64,000 nt of DNA. Source: Raillietiella orientalis. Its lineage: Eukaryota. Position 1 is the first letter of the stretch, and the number at the start of each line of letters is the position of its first letter. Shown here in pieces: positions 23,635 through 36,000 of this stretch. The position numbers and the translations under genes are program-made. The stretch lies in NCBI GenBank assembly GCA_036172245.1, contig JAYWIR010000010.1, positions 186,001-250,000 of the forward strand, in the 5' to 3' direction. Under the pieces are notes generated by a model. The model did no database searches and was not told where the DNA came from. It saw only the letters and a list, made by a program, of their open reading frames with translations.

Positions 23635-24009
23635 CTGCGTCGACGTGTTGGGAGTGCGCTGACAGAACCGCTATTGCTCGAGATGGTCTGCAACCGAAAA
23701 GAGGCAAAGCGGCAAAACCCTTCCGCTCTCAGGAAAAATCCAGGCGGCGGCTAGCGCAGTGAGGGTCGGGTCATCCAGGGATGGCGACGGCATCCTGAGA
23801 GCCCTGGACATTTCTGGAGAAGCGAGGTTACGGGCATCAGCTCGGTAACATGATGGCACCGCCGTCCACCATCCAGCACAGCAAGGACATCGGCCAGGAC
23901 ACCCTCCAGGCGACTTGCCGAAGGGTTGCACCAGAAGGGGGCCGAGACCGCCCCCGCATCCCTGCCGAGCAGCAATCGAGGTCGGAGCAACGGGCGCAAA
24001 CCTCCGGTG

Positions 24010-24157
24010 ACGCGCGAGAGGCCGCGGGTTCGAATCCCGGCTCCCGACGGAGCTTTCTTCCTCGACAATGCCGCCGTCTCGCGAGCGTGTGAGGCTGAGT
24101 GTAAAAGCAACCTTGGAATGCCGCGAGGAAGGCTGCGGGTTTGAATCCCGGCGGCGA
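24010..24157 (+). repeat. Two tandem degenerate tRNA-like/SINE heads
   Basis: gcgggttcgaatcccggc (about 24024) and gcgggtttgaatcccggc (about 24135) B-box motifs; no complete cloverleaf. Confidence 0.45.
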
Positions 24158-27100
24158 AATTGGACTGAAACTGGAACTCGGACTCCTCGGACTCCTGCCC
24201 GCTCGGACCGACCCTCCTGCAGCACAGACGCAGCTCCTCGCGGGACCCGACACTCTGGAACCGGAAGTGCGGGTTCTTCCCCTCCCCTTCCCCAGACTGC
24301 CGCTGGCGGGCCATCCAAGGAGCCAACAGCCCAGTGTGCGGCTCCCAGCGCGCGAACTCCTCCGGCGCGAGGTGACCGCGTGTCCCTTCGCGCGACCGGT
24401 CGAAGGGCTCCGCGGCGGATGGATCCAGGTGTCTGCTGGCACCCGGAGCCATCCACGGCTGCTTTTGCGGTGGTTTTTCGAGGACCCCTTCGACCTCCGG
24501 AACGCTGGCGCCGTTGTACCGCACCGGCCGCGCGGGAGTCGCACAAATCGCCACGCGCCGACCGACCATTTAGTCGTCGTTTCCATGGTGAGGAGAGCGG
24601 CGAAACTACCTTGCTTCCATTCCAAGGCGGGGGGGGAGCGTCTCCCGAATTGCGGGAAGGCCACGGGAGTGACCTCCATCTCCTTTCCTATTTCCCGGGA
24701 ATCCCACGTGGCGTTTCCCGTTTATGTATATTTATTTATTTGCTTATTTATTTTCGTCCCTCGTTGCCCCGTCAACCTCTCCGTCCCGCGTTCGCTTCGG
24801 CTGGGTGTCGGCATTGCCTGGACTTTGCCTGGAGGGCGCGCGGACGCGAGCAGGTTGCCTGCGTGACCGGGACGAAGGAGGAGGCGCCTCCAGGCGAGCC
24901 AGGAAGGCAGGAGGGCAGCATCCGCCCGTCCGCGCATATCTTTACGGGGATCCGCAGCCACCGCTGGAGCGGGCGAGGGCCGCCTCGATGGGGCCCTCCC
25001 ATCGCAGGGGCGGAGAGCGGGGCCGCACATGTCGGTCACTTGAGCTTCCTTGGAGGGCAGCCGCAGCCCTCCCGGGGCAGCCCAGGATGGGGGGGAAGGC
25101 GAGGACCGAGGTCCCTCCGGAGCATCTCCAGGGCAAGGTGGCGGGAACTGCAAGCGGGGGGGAGCCCCATATGACCTGGAAGAGTGGACGGCTGCCTTGG
25201 GAGCCCCGAGACACCCGCCGCGGACGGCGCTTCCCAGGACCTCCTGCGAGCACTCCCACGGGGCACCGGGAAACATCGACCTCGGCCTCGGCGGGTGACC
25301 TTTCCCAGCGCACTCCTTCCTCCTCGGGGACGACCCGACCAGGACATCTTGTTGGCACGCCCTCCCGCTCTGTCCGCTGAGTGGGATCGCGAGGAGCCGC
25401 TGGGGCGCGAGTGAACAGTCCGATTCGACCGCCGTTGCCGGGGCAACTCCTTCCAGCTGCGTAGGCGCGCACTCTCCGCCATCTTGTGGGAGGGGAGCGG
25501 CCGGACATCCCTTCCTCCTGATGAGGAAAGCACTAGACGCCCCCCTCCACGCCAGCCTGCCTCCGCCGTCGCTAGGGGCAACCTCACGCTATCGAAGCAA
25601 CGCTCTCCCACTCCCGGCTCATACCTTTCCCGGAAGGGGGCTCCTGCCCGGGATGCCCCCAGTGGAATGCTCGCGCCTTCTTGCACCCCTCAGGACCGGC
25701 TACACGGGCTGACTCGCCCTCGGCCCTTCGGAGATGCACCTGGGCTGAAACGTGGCCAGCCGACTCGACCCTGCCCTGTGTCCAGCCAGTGACCGTCCCT
25801 TGAGGGCTGGCGGGGAAGGGGCTGGGAGGACTCCTCGGTTCTGAAGGCAGGCTCGTTGTTGGTCCCCCTGCCGCGGTGGCCTCCCAGAGCCGCGGGCGGA
25901 GCATCTCCGGGCGGGCACCCCTGGGAAGCCTCTCGAGAATGAAGGGGTGACCCCGCGCGCACCCAGGAGCGCCCTGCACGAGAGTCTCACCTGCCTTCGG
26001 CTGGCATGCGGGCTCGAGGTAAAGAGCGGCTGGAACGGATGAGGCAGCGCCTCCGTCTGGAGGCGGGAAGCTGCGATCCCTCGCCGGGAGAAGGGGGTGA
26101 GGGTCGACCGCGCTCCTCCCGTCTCCTGTGAAACGCCTCCTCCCCCTCCCCTCTCCCTGGCGGGGGGATGCGCGACCCACCCTCTAGCCCCACGCGTCCA
26201 GCGCCAAGGCCACGGAGGAACGCCGACTGGCCGAGAGGCGCTGAGGATCGCGCGACCGTCGCGCCTCTCGACGGCTCTTCCGGTGCTCCGAACCGAGAGC
26301 GATGCGCGCGGCCCTTCCATTTTCCCTTCTTTTTTTCTTCTTCTTCCTCTGCTTTGGGGCGACCCCAAAGGCGGCTGCTGCGGCTGCGGGGGTCCCGCGG
26401 GCGCGACCTGCGGATGGGAGAGACCACCCCGCCCCTCCACTTTCGTGTGCTTCCAGGCCGCAGTTCCCTTCCCCCGCGGTCGCCTTGCGGCAGAGAGGGC
26501 GGCGGAAGAGGCAGCAGGCAGCGTCTCCTAGGCAACCGCCGCCATTCTCCGCTTCCCCCTCCTGAAATTCCTCAGAAGCCTCGTCCGAATTTTCCTTTCC
26601 TTTTTTTTTTTTTTCTTTCTTTTCCTGCTGTTCGTCCGTCTTCCGCCATCCGGAGACACCCGAGCGCTGCTTCGCCTGCAGCCATGGAAACGTCGCTTTC
26701 CTTTCGCTGCTACTCCCCCTCCTCCTCCTCCTCGTCCCGTTGCAGCGCGTCAAACGAGAGAGGTCTGCCTCGGTAGACACGCTGCCCCGCACGACGCGCG
26801 CTCCCTCTCCGCGCGGAGAGCACCAGGACGGTGGTCATTCAGAGGGGGGGAAGCGAGGGCCCTGCGCCACCCGCCGGGAGCAGCGCTGGGAGCGGCGGCG
26901 GCGTTGCCAGGCGAGAGAGAGAGAGGCTGGGCCGGCAGCTCGCGCGCGCGTGCGCACATTCGCGACAGCGTCGCCGCCGCTTCGCGGGCTGCGGTCACGT
27001 GCCGAGGGAGTTCTCTCTCGCAGACGGATGACGTCATCGCCGTCGTGCCCGCCCGCCTGCCGCCTGTTGCGGGTTTCGCCGCGGGGAGGTGCGATCATCA

Positions 27101-27649
27101 GGGGACGACGGCAGTGGGCTTTGGGGGGCGGGGGGGGGGGGGGGCGCAGGCGAAACGTCGGTAGTTTCTATCTCCGATGCGAAGGGTCCGCGGATGCTTC
27201 CTACGGCCACGGCAACCACCAATGCCGCCTCCATCTTGCCCGCTTCTACAGGAAGACACGGACACCCGGGACGATTCAGCCCCCGACTTCCCGAGGGATG
27301 CGAGACGGGCGCGGGGGAGACACTGCTACTCCCTGCACAGAGTGGGTCCAAACCCGGAGGAGCAGGCAAACCCCTGGAGGGTGGGCGCTCTGGGGCAATT
27401 GCGGACGGCCCGGGACGTCGCCGAAGGTCTGTGGCTCCTGACGGACACCCAAGGAAGAAGCCCCCTGTAGGGGGTCGAGTTGCCCCGATCTAGTACAGGT
27501 CAGGTCCTCGGAATTCCGGCTTACATGGGAGGCAAAAGCGGGCGGGGTGCTGCGGGTGCACGGGCGATGGCAGCCGACCGAAAAGTAGCCCAAGCAGGAG
27601 AGTCGAGGCCGTCCCTGAGGCCGCCTCCATTGCTGCAGGCTGCCCCATC

Positions 27650-28040
27650 GGGACCGAGGGGCTCGGGGGTCAAGGTGGCCCTTCCGTCTCAGGCGGGGCA
27701 GTCCCGCAGCGCAGCTACCCTGCCGCGCTGCGCTCCATGGGGCACTCCCGCCGGGACGCCGGGATGCAACTTCAGCCTGGCTCGCAGGAGGTTTGTCGCC
27801 GTCATCTTGCGCTGCCGCACTACTACCAGCAGGGCAACGCCGAACGACCCTCTCGGGCACCTCCACAGGTCAGGTTCTCCACAGGTGCGTGAACTTCGCG
27901 ACCCGCACTGTCAAGCAGCTTGCAATAGAATGGAAGGGTAAATTCCGCGCGGGACGAAAGGGCCCGAGGTGTGCCTGTCCCAGAACGAACCCTTCTGAAG
28001 GGGCGGAAGCAGGGCAAGGCGGACTAGCGATGGAGATAGG
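27650..28040 (+). repeat. Diverged dispersed repeat, copy 1 (probably TE-derived)
   Basis: Aligns by eye to 49018-49325 (ccgtctcaggyggggcag; catcttgcgctg; gcttgcaatrgaatgraaggg; gaagcagggc). Confidence 0.7.
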
Positions 28041-29449
28041 CGCGTCCCGCAGCCTTCCGCGTGACTGCCAAGAGTCTGCACGAGGGAGAGGGAGTGGAGC
28101 GTAAGAGCGTAGCGCCGCCTCCATCTTCGGGACGGCCCACTTGAACATCACCTTCCCTCCTAAGACCTACCTGCCCTTGGTCACGCCCTCAGGCGGCTTG
28201 GACGCGGTTGTTACCGGGGACACGAAGACAGAGGGCCCTTTTTGCCCTTTCCTCCCCCACCTCCGATCCGCCGTTCTTTGGCTTCGGATGGGCCTCCCTC
28301 CTGAACCGCCGTTCCTGTCCGCAGCGGCCCTTCCGGGGGATCACTCGGACCTTCTCACGCGCCGAAGAGGGAGCGACTGCCCTCCTCCCTCTTGCCCCGC
28401 TCCCTCCGGCAGGTCGGCAAGAAATCGGGGTGGAGGCTCCTTTTCGTTCGTTGCTCGGCAACATCTCGTCTCCCGCGGGAACCGCGAGGAGGAGGGGGAA
28501 CGGCGGCCCTTTCCCCGGGCCTCCCGGAGCGCTTCCGTGGCGCCTGAGGTGGAGTGAGGCTGCACTCGAAAGGACGCCTGAGGCGGCCTCATCGAAGGGC
28601 CTCCCGGGGGTGCCAGCCGTCCACCCGCACTGCGGAGGGCCAATTTTCGCGGATCTCTCCTCCTCGCGAAGGCGAGTGGAAAGGGATGGCGGCGAGGCTT
28701 CCCTCCCGCGTGATCACCCACCCTACTCCGCGTCCCGGAAAGGCCGGCGCCACCGCGACGGGTCGCTTCTGGCGGTTTGGGGGGGGGGCACCTAGAGCGT
28801 GTCCGCTCCCCTCCCCTTCCGGCCCCATCGGCGGGCCCCACGATCTCGGGCAGTGTGAGGGAGGGGAGGGATGCTCGGATGGGGCCAGGGATCGGCAGGG
28901 GGGCCTTCCTACTCGGTGGCGGCAAGTCCCGTGGCCGTTTCCTGGGGCGGCGCGTGCCTGCACGGCCGAACTGTGCAGGCGCACCCCTGCCGCCCGTTCT
29001 TGGGCTCCACTGGAGCCGGCGGCAGCGCGCCCCAGAAAGAAGGACCGACCCCCCTTCCGCATGGGGGCGTCGACAGTCCCCTGGATCACCTCGAAGAGAA
29101 CCGCCGAGCGAGTAATCGAGAGTCACTTCTGGTCCCGAATCCCGACCGACGTCCGAGGGAGGCGGCAGCCGCCTCGAGTCCTGGACGGGGAAGGAGGTCG
29201 GGCAGAGGAGGTCAAGGAAAACTCCTCAGGGACTCGGGGGCGGTCGTTCCTACTCGGTGCCCCCCGCCTACGCCAAGAGGGTAGCGCGGCGGGTGGAGCC
29301 GGGGGATCCTTGGAGCGGCGAACTCCCGACTCTTCGGCTCTTCCAGGTGCGTCGCCAGGCCCGGAGCCGCCGCCGTGCCCGCCCCGGGGCGACCCGAAGA
29401 AGTCTCCTGGGTCTCGCTGGCCTCCGGCGCCTTCTCAAGCGAAGTCCGC

Positions 29450-30060
29450 GGCCCCTGGGGCAAAAGGAACGAGGGCTGCTGGGTGGGCGGTCTGCGGTCT
29501 TACGGAGGTGTGGTCATTGGCATGAGCGCACGCCGCGAGCTCACGAGAGGGTGCAACCCCGCCAGAGGAGAAAGGGCCGGTGGACCCTCTCCCCTTAGGG
29601 CGCGTTGGAAGCCCTCGGTTTCGAGAAGGAACCGGTGTGCCCGCGGCCTCTCGGAGGACCCGGAATCGAAGAGGTGTTGCTAAGCGGCGTCCACTCATCA
29701 GAGCGGCGTCTCCTGCCGCGTCTCCGGGCACTCTGGAAAGGCTTTTCGGGTGTCAGACGAGGGCATGCCAGACGATTGTCCCCAACTCGAGAGCGACGGA
29801 CGCTGCCGGGCAGGAAGTGCATCTCCGCGATCTCCAGCCTCTCGTGAGCGAGGAGGACCGGAAGACCCATGGTGGGGTCGGTCGAGGGCGTCCGGAACGC
29901 CAGCCAGCTCGAGGTCCGTGAAGGCTGGACCGGGGCGTCCCCCTCGGACCCGGTGGAAGCGGGTGGCGGCGATTTGCGCGGGGAGCAAGTCGGTGTTTCG
30001 GGCAACGGGCGGCCTGTTGTCCGCCCATCGGCTTGCGAGGAGGATTGTCCGTAGGTGGAC
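29450..30060 (+). mobile_element. Possible decayed LINE APE-endonuclease remnant
   Basis: Frame-hopping translation AVCGLTEVW...RGVA...TIVPNSRATDAAGQEVHLRDLQPLVSEE...VGSVEGVRNAS loosely follows the APE motif order (LQET, GVA, NVYAP, GDFN). Confidence 0.3.
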
Positions 30061-33000
30061 GCGGCCCGTCCCGTCGCGGCTGTAAGGGCCGCGGATGTCT
30101 GTTCCTTCTCCTCCTCCAGGAGGAGAAGCCGGAGGAGGGCCGAGCCCCTCATCTTCTTTGCTGCTATTCCGCGACCCGACGCGTCCATGCGGTGGTGGTG
30201 CTGGCCTGTGGCTCCACCCACCTCCGCGGACGCGTTGAGCCTGCACGCACCGTCGCCGCCACGCGCGTCTGACATGCGTGGACCAGGTGCTCGCGCGATG
30301 CCGCCAGCCGGGCGGGTGAGTGCTCGGCGAAAGGGGCGCTCGGGCGCCGTCGCCTTCCGCACCCGTCCGGCACGCGCGATAGGGAATGCGGGATCCGCTC
30401 CGCCGGGGGCGAGAAGGGGATGGGGATGCGCCCGAGAGCTCGCCGCGAGAGGCCTTCGAAGGTCGCGCTCGCCCTTCCCTCCCGCCCACGCGGCAGGGAC
30501 GATTCGGGGGCTTTGCCTGACCAGCGACCTTCACCTGCCGCCCCCGAGGCGTCTGCGGGACCGATACGTCTCATGGGCCTCCCCTCCCATCCAAAGCGGT
30601 TTCGCGAGGTTTTCCAGAGCCCGACGACCATCTTCGTTGTTGTTGTTTCCCCTCCTTTGCGTGAGAGCCAGCAGCCCACGTGACATCAGGAAAGCTGCCC
30701 GCGGACCGACGGGAGCTGCTCCCGGTCCCGGTCGGAGCGGAAGCGTCGGGGAGGAGGGCGTGAGGGTTTTCGCTCGTGGCCCCAAAGCACTCGAGCACCG
30801 CCGCGGGTGGCACTGGGCGAACGGCGAGTCGCCGCGGGCAAAAACAGCCCGGAGAGAAAGCACTGACCTGGAAACTCCCGATGACTCTTCCTCGTAAGAA
30901 CGCGGCGGTGGCGGCGGCTGCCGTCGCTCTCTCCTGAAGTGGCCGCCGCCCGCGGACGCGGGGCCGGGTGCCTCACGCGGAGAGAGCCACTTGGCGCGCG
31001 ACGCCTGTTCTCGCCGAGATCCCCCCGATGGGCAGGACTCCTCCCGCGATACCTCGGCAGGAACTGACTGCCGCCCGTAAGGTCCCGGAGATGGTCCGGG
31101 ACGCCCTCTTGAAAAGGACGGGACTTTTCGATGGGGTTCCTTCGCGCGATCTGCCCACGCTTCCTCCATCCCTCCGCTTGTCTGCCTCCTCTCACCTCCC
31201 CGACCGCCTCCCACGCCTGCTGCACTCCCGTCCTGACCGTCGCGGACCGGCTTTTCGACCTTGGAAACTCCCGGCAGGGGGCCGCTGCCGAACCGAGTCG
31301 CACTCGTCCCCACGCGAGGCCGTGGTCTTGGAGGTGCATGTCGTGCAAGTTGCATTCCTCTCCTCACCCACCCCTTCCTTTCGGGGGAAGGGAGAGGGGA
31401 ACCCTTGGCAGCTCGTGGGACCGCTGGCCACCTTCCGTCCCCTTGCCTAACGCCTGCCCCCCAAGCGCGAAACCTGCCCCTCCCTGAAACGATCCTCCTG
31501 CTGCCTCGAGAGACCCGGGGGTCCCCACAGCTGACGAAAGATGCGCCCTCAGCTGGGAAGGCCTGCAGGGAACCTGCGCCCCTCAGGTCTCGTGCCGGCA
31601 GGAGCGAGCGAGCGCTCCTGCTACATTCTCGGGTCGTCCAGAATCATCCCCTTCGGGCTAGAGGTCCAGCGCATCCCAACGGACGGCGAAGGGTGGTTTC
31701 AGGGCGAGGAAGGGTGGAAGAAGGAACTCTCGAGAATCCGCCGTGGCAAAGTCTGGAAGTGGGAGGGGGGGGGGGGAACCTTTCAATGAAGCGCAAGAGT
31801 CCCCAAGGAACCGCAGCAGGAGTTCACTGCAGCGTGATTGACCGCTTCCATCCAGAAGAAGCTGTGAGCAAGAGGTGCCGACCCGCCTGACCACGAGAAG
31901 CGCGGTCAGGTGCCAGAGTTGGGTCCTGGCAGCCGCCCCGCAGCCCGGACAAAAGAGAAACATCCCTTCGCCCTGGAAAGGAAACCACGCAACTCCTTGC
32001 GGCTCTCTTCTTCATCGACTCCGACGTGAGGTCTCTAAAGTGCCGTCCTGGCTCGTCGCCAGAGCGGTTTCCCCGCCTCCGCGTGGCCTCCTCTTCCCGC
32101 CGAGCTGCCGCTGATCGCGGAAGACAGGGACACCCCGCAACGGTGTGGATCCCTCGATAGCAGGGCTCCAGAGCGCTGCCAGATGATTTGCTCCCGTCAC
32201 CCTCGATTCTCTTGCTGCTGCTGCTGCTCTGAAAACGTCCGTGGGGACTTCCGCGAAATGGCGCGCCTCGAGTTTCAAAAGTTCGCAGCTCCGAATCTGT
32301 TCCAGATGTCAGGGTCAGTGAAATAGGTCAAATGCATGGGAAGAATTTGGCGGCGAGAAGCACTGAGACCGAATGCGACTCGTGGCCTGCAGCAAGACAA
32401 TTCCGAGCTCTACTCCATCCTGGAAGCTTCCGAGAGGCGACGAGAGCTCGTTTGCCTTCCCAGGGCAGCCAGATGGCCGCGCACCGAAAATGAAGTCGTC
32501 GAACGGGGTGCCCTTTTTCCCTGCCAGGGGACCGGGCACGTGCAGCTGCAGTCCTAGCAGGCACCTTCCGAGGTCGCATCGTCTTGCATATACGTGCATA
32601 CGTTCCGTGCACGGATCACCTCGCACAGAGATGTGATCCGTGTTCAAAACACGTTCGTGCCACATTTGGTCGCGCCAATCTCTTTACGGACACCCACACA
32701 TCGCTTCCGTCCCATTTTTACCCGTGTACTCTTTACCTGGTACTTGACAAAAGATGCTGCCTGCTCAGCGCGCACTCGCTGGTCTCCCTTCATTCGTCCT
32801 AAAAGATTCTCGTATGCCTGAAAGATTTCCGACTTCCGTGCGCCCCAGGCCAACCCTCCCAGACCCTTGCAGGTTCGAAATTTTGTCGCAGTGCAGGATG
32901 TTGACGAGGCACTCCGATGGAGACATTCTGGTGCAGCACGCAGTTTCGGATGTCCAGGAAGGATGTCCAGCAGTCGCCGCGCCACCCTGGGGTCTGAGAA

Positions 33001-36000
33001 GATTGCCAGCGTGCGTGCACAGGGAACGCGCAGCTTCCACCTCGGCAGCCTCCCGTTCGAAGGACTTGCGTTCGCACAGAGTTCGCAGTTTCATCAATGG
33101 GACCCGTGACCTCAGAAGCGAATCCCTTCCTCCAATCAGTCAGCCGCTCCCACGATGCAGCTTTTCCACCGATCGAGGAAGGTGCCAAGGCTCACGGAGC
33201 CACCTATTACTCTCAAGGGAATACGTAATTGCGCGAAATCCCGCCCGAGAACGCTGAAGCGATCACGAAATGACAAACGAAAATCGGGCGAAGAGCAGCA
33301 ACTTGGACTTTTTTCCGCTGGTCTTGCGCTTCCGCCAGTAAGCCTTTCTTTCTTTTACTTCCGCTACCGTGCGAAAGTCGCTCGATTCCAGCTGCGCGCT
33401 CTCTCCCTGGTCCCCGTCGAAGATCAGCATTGGTTTAGCAGCACTGAGTACTTGGGGAACGTAGGCTGATGAGATGTGGTCACCGCCTGCGGGAGGGTCA
33501 CTTCGGAAAGCCACCGAATTTCGGTTCTTTAGCATTACCACGTCAGATGTTACGGACCTGGTGCTTGGCTTCATTCGAAGCGCCGGTCGCAGACTGGTCC
33601 GAAAAAACAGCCCTCTATCCATCAGTGCTTAATACCGCCCAAAACAAAAAAACATGAAATGGCATGGCTGCTTGACCTGAGCGAAGAACTGGACTGATAA
33701 GGTCGAAGGTGTGGGATTTCCTAGCTTTCCGCCAAAGCGGGAATTTCCCGTCGTGCTGCAGCGATTGATTCGTGGACTGCTTGAACGCGATGAGACTTCA
33801 TTGCCGATTTGTTTCTTCTCCTTCCTTGCATTCCTGCTAAGTCAGCTCTTTGCTGCTCCGAGTCCGCGAGTGTTGTGGACGCCACTTTGGAAGGGAAAGA
33901 TGTCCGTCTGTCGAAAATCTGCTCTGCAGGAATCTGTTCCAGATGCGTAGTTGGGGTGGGTCCAAAAGAATTTTAGATTCACACGTGAACGTTTCATGAA
34001 CCTGGTAGGGTGCTGAGAATTTCTTTGAGTTTCACTGAAGATCCCAAATTCTTTCCGCATGCAAATAGGCAGGCGAACGCCACGAGATCGACAGATCAAA
34101 AGGACTCTGGTCACTTTGCTTGTAAATGGTGTTGTTGCCATCGGGCAGCGATTATCGCGGGTTGTGTCACAAAGCGTTAAGCACCAGGAGTCACCTTCAC
34201 GCTCGTGGTGCACGGTGACCATCTAAAGAGATCATGTATCCTTTCAACTAAAGCCTCCAGAATGATTTCGAGACGGCTGAGTACATGAAAGTTCATTGGA
34301 GGTGAACTACATATCCGGAATAATTAGCCAGTACACTTTAGGTATAAATTCATATCAGATATTTCAAACAGCTGCACAATTAAATTCAGGTGCGTATTAC
34401 GTGAACACGTAAGGAATGTCGTACCCGGGATCGTAAACGCATGTTTATCGGGTCTGAGCGGGTCACGAGAAGGAAACCCAATCACGTAATTTTATTTCCT
34501 TCTTCTTGTCATTATTATGATTACCATTAGAAAAGTGCCGACAGTGCCACTCAGTTTCCTGAACAAACACGCTGTCCTCTCATCCGAGATTTCATGGCTG
34601 AGTATGCTGAGAAAGCGAAGATGAGACCAAACCGCAAGCAAAAAAGAACGGGGCAGAGAGCCTTCGTTCTCGCACGCAGCCAGCCCATTTTCGAATTTTC
34701 TTCGTTTAAGCAGCTTTACGAGAACGGAGCTGAGATCAGTGAGTCTCCTAGGGAACTTTGGGATCGGAGTGGATGGATGCTCTTCCTACTTGCCATTCCC
34801 ACCGTGCACCACTGAAGAAGGCACTGAAGGGATCACGAAATGAATCCCTTGGTGTTGAAAGACTCATAAAGCGGGGATTGCTGTTTCCCATGGTCTTCTC
34901 CAGGCTAGCCAAATAGTGCCCTGTCAGAATTCGCCCCCAGGTGGTCACCGCTTCTTGTTCTTTGCCAGATTTTCCACAGTGCGACGCGTGTCGACGCCTG
35001 TTTCTCTCGCCTCGTGCTAGTAGGACGAAACACGTCGCAGAACACGCGCCAACTTTGCACATTTGTCTCACTCGCACGCTGTTGTAACCTTCTGTTTCCT
35101 GCTAAAAACGAAACTTCCGGGTGAAAACTTAAACGCCCTCTCCTTTGGCCATTCTGTAAAACGAAGCGGGAATCAGTCGGAAAAGCAAAACTGTCAGGAA
35201 GAACGTGCTTGTGAAAGGAAGAGGAAGAAGATGAAAAGCATCGAGCAAAATGCGCGAGTTTTAATTCGACGTCGACCGTCATCTGTTTGTTGGTGTCACA
35301 CTTTTGCATTCGAAAACAAAGTTTCGAAATTTTTCAAGCAAATTAAATGGGAATTGCGAGTGAAGTTTCGTGACGTTTCGAAACCGCAAACATCAGCAAA
35401 CGGACGCACGACCCCAGAAAGCGCAACTTTCGGGATGGAGCAGTCGGTGAACCTGCAATTGGACTTGTTTAACAGACTAATAATCTAGGCGTTTTACCGG
35501 TCAGTTAATTCGAGCTGCCCTTATTCGTTAATTTTCTTTTGCACGATCGTTCGAAATTTCCGAGATTGAATCCCCTGTCCGAAGGTTCGTCTCACTTTTT
35601 CTTGCCGATCCGTGTTCGACTCGAAAGGCCTATGCCGTCTTTTACAGCCGGTAACCTTAGGCAAAGGTAAGCCAACTGGAGCCAATGATTCTAGTAGAGA
35701 CACCGGACAAAAAAACTGAGTAATTTATTGCATATTCTTCAACGCAAAAAAAAAAAAAAAAAAAAGATAAAAAGATACTCCGTTCCACGAGGCTGTTGAA
35801 CTCTCCCCCCCGAAAAAAAGCTTCCCCGATTCACATTCGCATTGAAACTTATCAAATTTGGGTGGGAACATCGCACTCTTGCCTTAAGAAACAGTACCGG
35901 GTTCTTCATTTGCCCGGATGCCCATCTGGCGCGCCGAGTAACCGGAGGACAAATTCTGAAATGGAGCATGGCTTTTCGCATTTTGATTCGTGACCAGCCA

